From a virus: DNA of 64,000 nt. Both the position numbers and the translations under genes were made by a program. The DNA lies in IMG/VR virus record IMGVR_UViG_3300028393_004717, positions 2,971 through 66,970 of that record; one strand, given 5' to 3'. This document shows, one piece after another, positions 59,274 through 64,000 of the stretch (positions within the stretch are counted from its first letter, which is position 1; each line of letters begins with the position of its first letter). Below the pieces are notes generated by a model, which was not told where the DNA came from, did not search any database, and worked only from the letters and a program-made list of their open reading frames with translations.

Positions 59274-60491
59274 CTATCTTTCAGAAATTAATTCTTTTAT
59301 ATAAATTGTTTTTTCTTTTAAGCTTAAAGAATACAAAGGACTAATGCGAGATTCAAATTTTATTGTTTCGTCATTTTTTTCTTGGCTTTTAATTACATGA
59401 CTTACAAAAACTTTATATTTTTTTATGATTTTTTCTTGAATATCTAAAGAAATATCTTCTCTTCCAACTAATATTTTGTCTACTTTTTCATCTAATTGAT
59501 TGAAAATTTCTATATCTTCTTCTGACGCTATTTTTCCCCAATTTTTAAAAGCATTTTTATACTCTTTATTGGTTCTGATTTTTCTTCTAATTTTTTCAAG
59601 TCCTTCTTTAGTATCTGGAACATCAAAAGGAAATTCCTCTTCAGTACCATCTTTAAGTTCATCTTTATCCCTATAAAAAGTTGGTTCGACTTTCATAGTT
59701 GACACACCACTTATTTTGTTTTCCAAATCTGTCAATTCATCTTCAACATCTGGTTGCCAACCATTCCATAGAGAGTGATCTCCTATTTCTATAAGATTCT
59801 TTTTTATTGAATTATATATTTCTTCTGGCATACCTTTATTTTTAAATGCATCTTCAAGATCTTCTAAAGCTTTGTTTATTCTAACTCCATAATCCCGTTT
59901 AATATCATGACGAACTACTGGCTCTGAATCTTTTGTATTTTCTGGTTCTTCTGTTGGCTCTGGTTCTTCTGTTGTTTTTTCTACTGGTGCTGTTACTCCT
60001 TTTGTCGCCATAATAGCCATATGATCAGATACAATTTTTGAAATAGCTTTTTTTAAATTTTGGGCAAGATCATCTAACATTCTTATAATTTGTAAATTTT
60101 CTGCACCTTTAGGCATACTTACTTCTAAAATATTTGATAATTTATTTTCAAATATTTCAAATTCTTTTCCCAATATTCTATACTCTTCAATAGTTAATCT
60201 TTTTTTAAATATTGGATTGTAGTTTTCTTTTTTGGGTATGGGAATTTCACTAGATGCAGGTTTATTTTTTTCGGGAAGTGGAACACCACCCATATCGCCT
60301 AAACGATTTACGAAATAATAAGGATTAGTTTTTCCATATCTTCCATATACAACATTAGACATCCAATTTTTAAATCTATCCCATATGCCTCTTTTGGGAG
60401 ATGATGGTGATAATAAATCTCTTTTTAATATGTTTACAAGATTATCTACCGTTGTATCGATTTTTGTTTTTAAGTCGTGATCTAATTCCAT
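59274..60491 (-). CDS. Hypothetical protein, possible internal virion protein
   Basis: SD GGAG; helical; RGIWDRFKNW; several possible xxE cleavage sites. Confidence 0.6.
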   Translation of the reverse strand: MELDHDLKTKIDTTVDNLVNILKRDLLSPSSPKRGIWDRFKNWMSNVVYGRYGKTNPYYFVNRLGDMGGVPLPEKNKPASSEIPIPKKENYNPIFKKRLTIEEYRILGKEFEIFENKLSNILEVSMPKGAENLQIIRMLDDLAQNLKKAISKIVSDHMAIMATKGVTAPVEKTTEEPEPTEEPENTKDSEPVVRHDIKRDYGVRINKALEDLEDAFKNKGMPEEIYNSIKKNLIEIGDHSLWNGWQPDVEDELTDLENKISGVSTMKVEPTFYRDKDELKDGTEEEFPFDVPDTKEGLEKIRRKIRTNKEYKNAFKNWGKIASEEDIEIFNQLDEKVDKILVGREDISLDIQEKIIKKYKVFVSHVIKSQEKNDETIKFESRISPLYSLSLKEKTIYIKELISER

Positions 60492-60554
60492 AATTTCTCC
60501 ATTATTACTAAATGTATATAGTTGGAGATATGATGATTTAGATAATTGCTATTA

Positions 60555-61013
60555 TCAATTTATTTGATTGCTCATGTATTCATTGATTTTTTTCAAAGAC
60601 ATAAGACAAGAATCAAATCTATGGAAGTCGCTTGATAGGTATTCCAAACTAAGTTCATCAAATTTATCGCAACCGTCTTCTTCTATTTCGAAATAGATAG
60701 CTTTGCCTTTTTTGCCAAGAACTTTGTATTTATGCATTAAAATATATGCTGCTGCACCAAGGTCTGTTACAAATCTTTGATTTTTTGACTGAAAGTGATA
60801 ATCTCCAATTTTTTTAAGAGACATGATACAGGCATCAAATCTGTGAAATTCACTAGAGAGATAATCTAATGTGATTTGATCAAATTTATCAGGATTTTCT
60901 TCATCTGTGGTTAAGAAGTAAATATCCTTTGCTTTTCTTCCTATGACCTTATAATCATGCATAAGTAAATATGCGGCACTTCCCAAATCACTTACATTTT
61001 TTTGCTTACTCAT
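60555..61013 (-). CDS. Tandem duplicated small-domain protein (DUF5659-like)
   Basis: Two roughly 74-aa copies of DLG.AAY.LMH.YKV.G.K.K.IYF...DKFD...L.YLSS.FHRFD.C.MSLKKI. Confidence 0.75.
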   Translation of the reverse strand: MSKQKNVSDLGSAAYLLMHDYKVIGRKAKDIYFLTTDEENPDKFDQITLDYLSSEFHRFDACIMSLKKIGDYHFQSKNQRFVTDLGAAAYILMHKYKVLGKKGKAIYFEIEEDGCDKFDELSLEYLSSDFHRFDSCLMSLKKINEYMSNQIN

Positions 61014-61036
61014 TTCTTTCTTTCTTTCTTTCTTTC
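61013..61036 (-). repeat. (GAAA)6 microsatellite abutting the start codon
   Basis: Six TTTC units on the plus strand, immediately upstream of (and sharing the A of) the ATG at 61013. Confidence 0.9.
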
Positions 61037-61049
61037 TTTATTTTAAAAA

Positions 61050-62057
61050 TTATCTAGCGGATTCGGCAGCAATTAAACAGCCTCTGGCAACACTAAATAA
61101 AGGATCTTCTGGTCTAATAACTTCGCCAATCTTAATGTTAAGTTTTGCTTGCATTAAAGTTTCTCTGAACAATTTATCAAAGCCAGGTGGGGATGAAGTT
61201 CCACCAGCAATAACAATATCAACTGGTGTGTCAGTGTGAATTGCTTTATTCGCAGTAGATAATCCTTTTTTAATTTCATTTATCGTATGTTCAATCATAA
61301 TTCTATATTGTGTCTGAATTGCTCTTTCGACTAAATTAGTGGGAATCGCACTTAGATCGACTTTGGTCTTTTCTTTATTGATGAATGTCGGACTTTCGCC
61401 AGTTGCCTTTGCTGCTTGCTTATCAATCCAATCTCCACTATTCACAATTGCAAATTTGAAAATAGGATTCCCATACATTGAATAGCATAGATTCACCATC
61501 CCTGCACCAAATGAGATTCCAATGCCAGTATAAGCTTTTTTCCCTAATTCTGCATAAACCAAAGCAAGAGCTTCGTTAATTGGGTATGCATTAACTGTAT
61601 ATCCTTCTTCGGATCTATATGCTTTGAATATTGCTTCTAAAACCTTTTGGTGATAATCGGCATCTGTGTCTTCATTAATGGCATTTGCTGGAACACAATA
61701 ATATACTGTTTCATTATTTTCTTTTACTCCATCTAAAAGACCATGAATCATGATGGAAAGAATTTGAAAAGCATCTCTTTCTTTTGGGTTCACACAGCCA
61801 CCAGACATAGGCCTTTTAAGCTCAATTTGGCTCATGGTGTAGGCCATATTTACAGCAGCCTCACCAAGAGCGTATGCTACATTTTCTCTTTCTATAAGAG
61901 GAACACCAGCTTGTTTCATCATGTCGAAAACAAACCTATTTTCTAATGGTAATTCTAAAAATGCATTAACTTCTCTTTTATTTACAAAGTTACCATTTCC
62001 ATCTCTTCTACAAGAAACCAGATTATAAGTACCTACATCAAAGCCACAACTTGCCAT
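61050..62057 (-). CDS. Actin-like ATPase (MreB/MamK/ParM superfamily)
   Basis: GFDVGT (phosphate 1), PINEALA (connect 1), ISFGAG (phosphate 2), VIAGGTS (adenosine), PLFSVARG (connect 2). Confidence 0.9.
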   Translation of the reverse strand: MASCGFDVGTYNLVSCRRDGNGNFVNKREVNAFLELPLENRFVFDMMKQAGVPLIERENVAYALGEAAVNMAYTMSQIELKRPMSGGCVNPKERDAFQILSIMIHGLLDGVKENNETVYYCVPANAINEDTDADYHQKVLEAIFKAYRSEEGYTVNAYPINEALALVYAELGKKAYTGIGISFGAGMVNLCYSMYGNPIFKFAIVNSGDWIDKQAAKATGESPTFINKEKTKVDLSAIPTNLVERAIQTQYRIMIEHTINEIKKGLSTANKAIHTDTPVDIVIAGGTSSPPGFDKLFRETLMQAKLNIKIGEVIRPEDPLFSVARGCLIAAESAR

Positions 62058-62082
62058 TTTATTCACCTTTCCTTTTATTTTT

Positions 62083-62301
62083 CTATGCTTTTTTTCCAAA
62101 ATTTAATTTTGGTATTTGTGCAAAATCTGGAACTTCCCACATTGCACTTTCTTCTTTTTTTTGCTCAACTTTTGCGTTTTGAACACCAACAGTTATGCCA
62201 GAAGTGTTTAGATTTATATTTAAATCTATACTTATAGACAGCTTACATTCGCCATCTTTTGTAATAACCTTAATATCACTAGCTTTTATAAGTTGTGCCA
62301 C
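62083..62301 (-). CDS. Small hypothetical protein
   Basis: SD GAGG with GTG start, directly upstream of the actin-like gene. Confidence 0.6.
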   Translation of the reverse strand: MAQLIKASDIKVITKDGECKLSISIDLNINLNTSGITVGVQNAKVEQKKEESAMWEVPDFAQIPKLNFGKKA

Positions 62302-62316
62302 ATTAACCTCTTAAAT

Positions 62317-63282
62317 TTAATATAGTGTGCATTTAGGCCATTTTTCAAACATCTTTTTAATTCCTTCTATAATTTCAAGTTCAGTAAGTTCTGACAAACA
62401 TGGCTTAATTGTTTTTTTTGATTTGTGGCAATTGCCAAATACAAAACATGGCCCACAATCCCAATTTCCATTGTCTCTATGCTTTTGAACAAGTATGAAG
62501 TCATAATATTTACCATAAGTTTTACCATTTGCAAAAGTAAAAATACCAACCAGTGGTTTTTTTAAACCTCCAGCAGCATGAAAAGCAGCCGTATCAACAG
62601 TTATCATATAATCCATGCAACTAATGTAACAAATCCAATCTTTTAAATTTTGAGGGCATATTGTTGGCAATTGCAATTTTTCACAATCTAATATTGGAGA
62701 TTTATGAAGTGCTATCAAATTGTGGTCTTTGCAATAATCGGCAATGCATTTTATTTGATTTGGCAGTAGTGTTTTATTTGCCATTTTTGATACAGGAGAA
62801 AATCCAATTAATGCCCCATTATTTTTTCTATATTTTTCTAATTCTTTTTTTATTCTATTTTTTCTTTCTTCGTCAATAACAAAACACATATCATGACTTG
62901 TTAATTCAAGTCCACAATAGTTTGCCCAAATATCACTCCGATGAATAGTGTAATGTGGAGCATTTCTATTTTCATATCTATCTGCTATACTTACACAGGT
63001 ATTAAAACACACAATGTAATCATTTGGATTAACAATTCTAGAATCTACAACATTTTTAACATAAGGATGATCAGTAGTTGCTTCGGCATATTCTGGTAGA
63101 CAAGCGACTGTAAATTCTGCATTTGGCAAGTGATTATGCATATCTGTCAATAACATTCGATGCATAAGAACATCGCCCAAACCACCTTTGTCATGATGTA
63201 ACAAAACTTGATTTCTTCTTTGAAAAAAATCTTTAATTGACAATGTTGATTGTATGTATTCTGATTTCTTTAATTCGGCCAT
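62317..63282 (-). CDS. Glycosyltransferase family 9 (heptosyltransferase-like)
   Basis: GGLGDVLM, ITVDTAAFHAAGGLKKPLVGIF, C.PC...C...C tail; start MAELKK at 63282 downstream of the terminator. Confidence 0.88.
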   Translation of the reverse strand: MAELKKSEYIQSTLSIKDFFQRRNQVLLHHDKGGLGDVLMHRMLLTDMHNHLPNAEFTVACLPEYAEATTDHPYVKNVVDSRIVNPNDYIVCFNTCVSIADRYENRNAPHYTIHRSDIWANYCGLELTSHDMCFVIDEERKNRIKKELEKYRKNNGALIGFSPVSKMANKTLLPNQIKCIADYCKDHNLIALHKSPILDCEKLQLPTICPQNLKDWICYISCMDYMITVDTAAFHAAGGLKKPLVGIFTFANGKTYGKYYDFILVQKHRDNGNWDCGPCFVFGNCHKSKKTIKPCLSELTELEIIEGIKKMFEKWPKCTLY

Positions 63283-63295
63283 TGCTTCTCTTAAA

Positions 63296-63329
63296 AAAAA
63301 TACCACTATTTTAAGATAGTGGTATTTTT
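63296..63329 (-). terminator. Intrinsic terminator
   Basis: aaaaataccactat...atagtggtattttt with a T8 run on the minus strand. Confidence 0.8.
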
Positions 63330-63367
63330 GATTTATTTTACTTTCACCGTTGCCTAACAATATAAGT

Positions 63368-63946
63368 TTAACTTAAACAAGATGTTCTTACGGAACAAAG
63401 AACTTGAACATCTGCATCAACTGCACCAGAAATGGTATTTGTGAACTCTAATTTTGTAACCAATAGATCACCACTATTGAAAACTTGAGTTTCTGCCTGT
63501 CCAAGTGTGAATATTGCACTTTCCAAACCATTAAGCCTAACATTTATTTGATTTGATCCCAAATTACTAATTTGTACAAAATTAGAGAATGAATCAGTAT
63601 CACCAGCTATATCGACAATATTGTCTTCAAATGCTGTTCCTGGATTTACTGTCAAGGTGTAAACTGAAGGAAAATTATTTTCTGCTGGGTTTTCACTATA
63701 AATAGAACCATCATCAGAAACGACTTCGATGAAAGCCTGTTCTTGTTCTATTTGAGGATATGCGAATTTTTTCCAGTAATTGCAATCAATAAATGTTTGA
63801 CCATCAAATAATTTTCGATATTTTCTCCCCGGCCCTTGAACAAAGATAGTTCTTTGAACAGAAGTAGAGAATTGAGCCTGTGTTGCTGGATTAACATCCA
63901 TCATTCCTTGCTTGCTATTGTTCAACTTAACTTTAAATTCGCTCAT
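63368..63946 (-). CDS. Hypothetical beta-rich protein, possibly structural
   Basis: SD AGGAG before MSEFKVKL; own terminator. Confidence 0.6.
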   Translation of the reverse strand: MSEFKVKLNNSKQGMMDVNPATQAQFSTSVQRTIFVQGPGRKYRKLFDGQTFIDCNYWKKFAYPQIEQEQAFIEVVSDDGSIYSENPAENNFPSVYTLTVNPGTAFEDNIVDIAGDTDSFSNFVQISNLGSNQINVRLNGLESAIFTLGQAETQVFNSGDLLVTKLEFTNTISGAVDADVQVLCSVRTSCLS

Positions 63947-64000
63947 ATTGCTCCTATTATGAAAAAATAAATTCTCAGTTATATAGCTTTTTGAAGTCAT

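Overview
A 64-kb, AT-rich, densely coding fragment of a large T4-related (huge/jumbo-type) dsDNA bacteriophage using the standard code. It contains a head module on the minus strand (portal with a 231-aa intein, a putative prohead core protein, gp21-like protease, gp22-like scaffold, gp23-like major capsid protein), a distant gp17-like terminase, a primase and a Cas4/RecB-like nuclease. Accessory genes include glycosyltransferases, an epimerase, a sulfatase, GMP reductase, MscL, a ferritin-like protein, a McsA-like protein, a MotA/ExbB-type module, an actin-like ATPase and about seven proteases. Most notable: (1) a tandem array of six genes sharing an N-terminal M(G/A)AxxxxGxGxG tag and similar RBS but carrying shuffled C-terminal domains, next to a divergent, apparently nuclease-dead LAGLIDADG gene; (2) about 11 ORFs with T4 capsid-targeting-like N-termini, plus an L(S/A)G(I/L/V) motif shared with the scaffold C-terminus; (3) a C-terminal tail shared by two unrelated exported proteases; (4) an actin-like ATPase plus duplicated-domain partner; (5) an 87-nt G-U-supported hairpin. 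Gene content hints at a Planctomycetota/PVC host (inference). All calls come from motif recognition by eye; no database searches were run.
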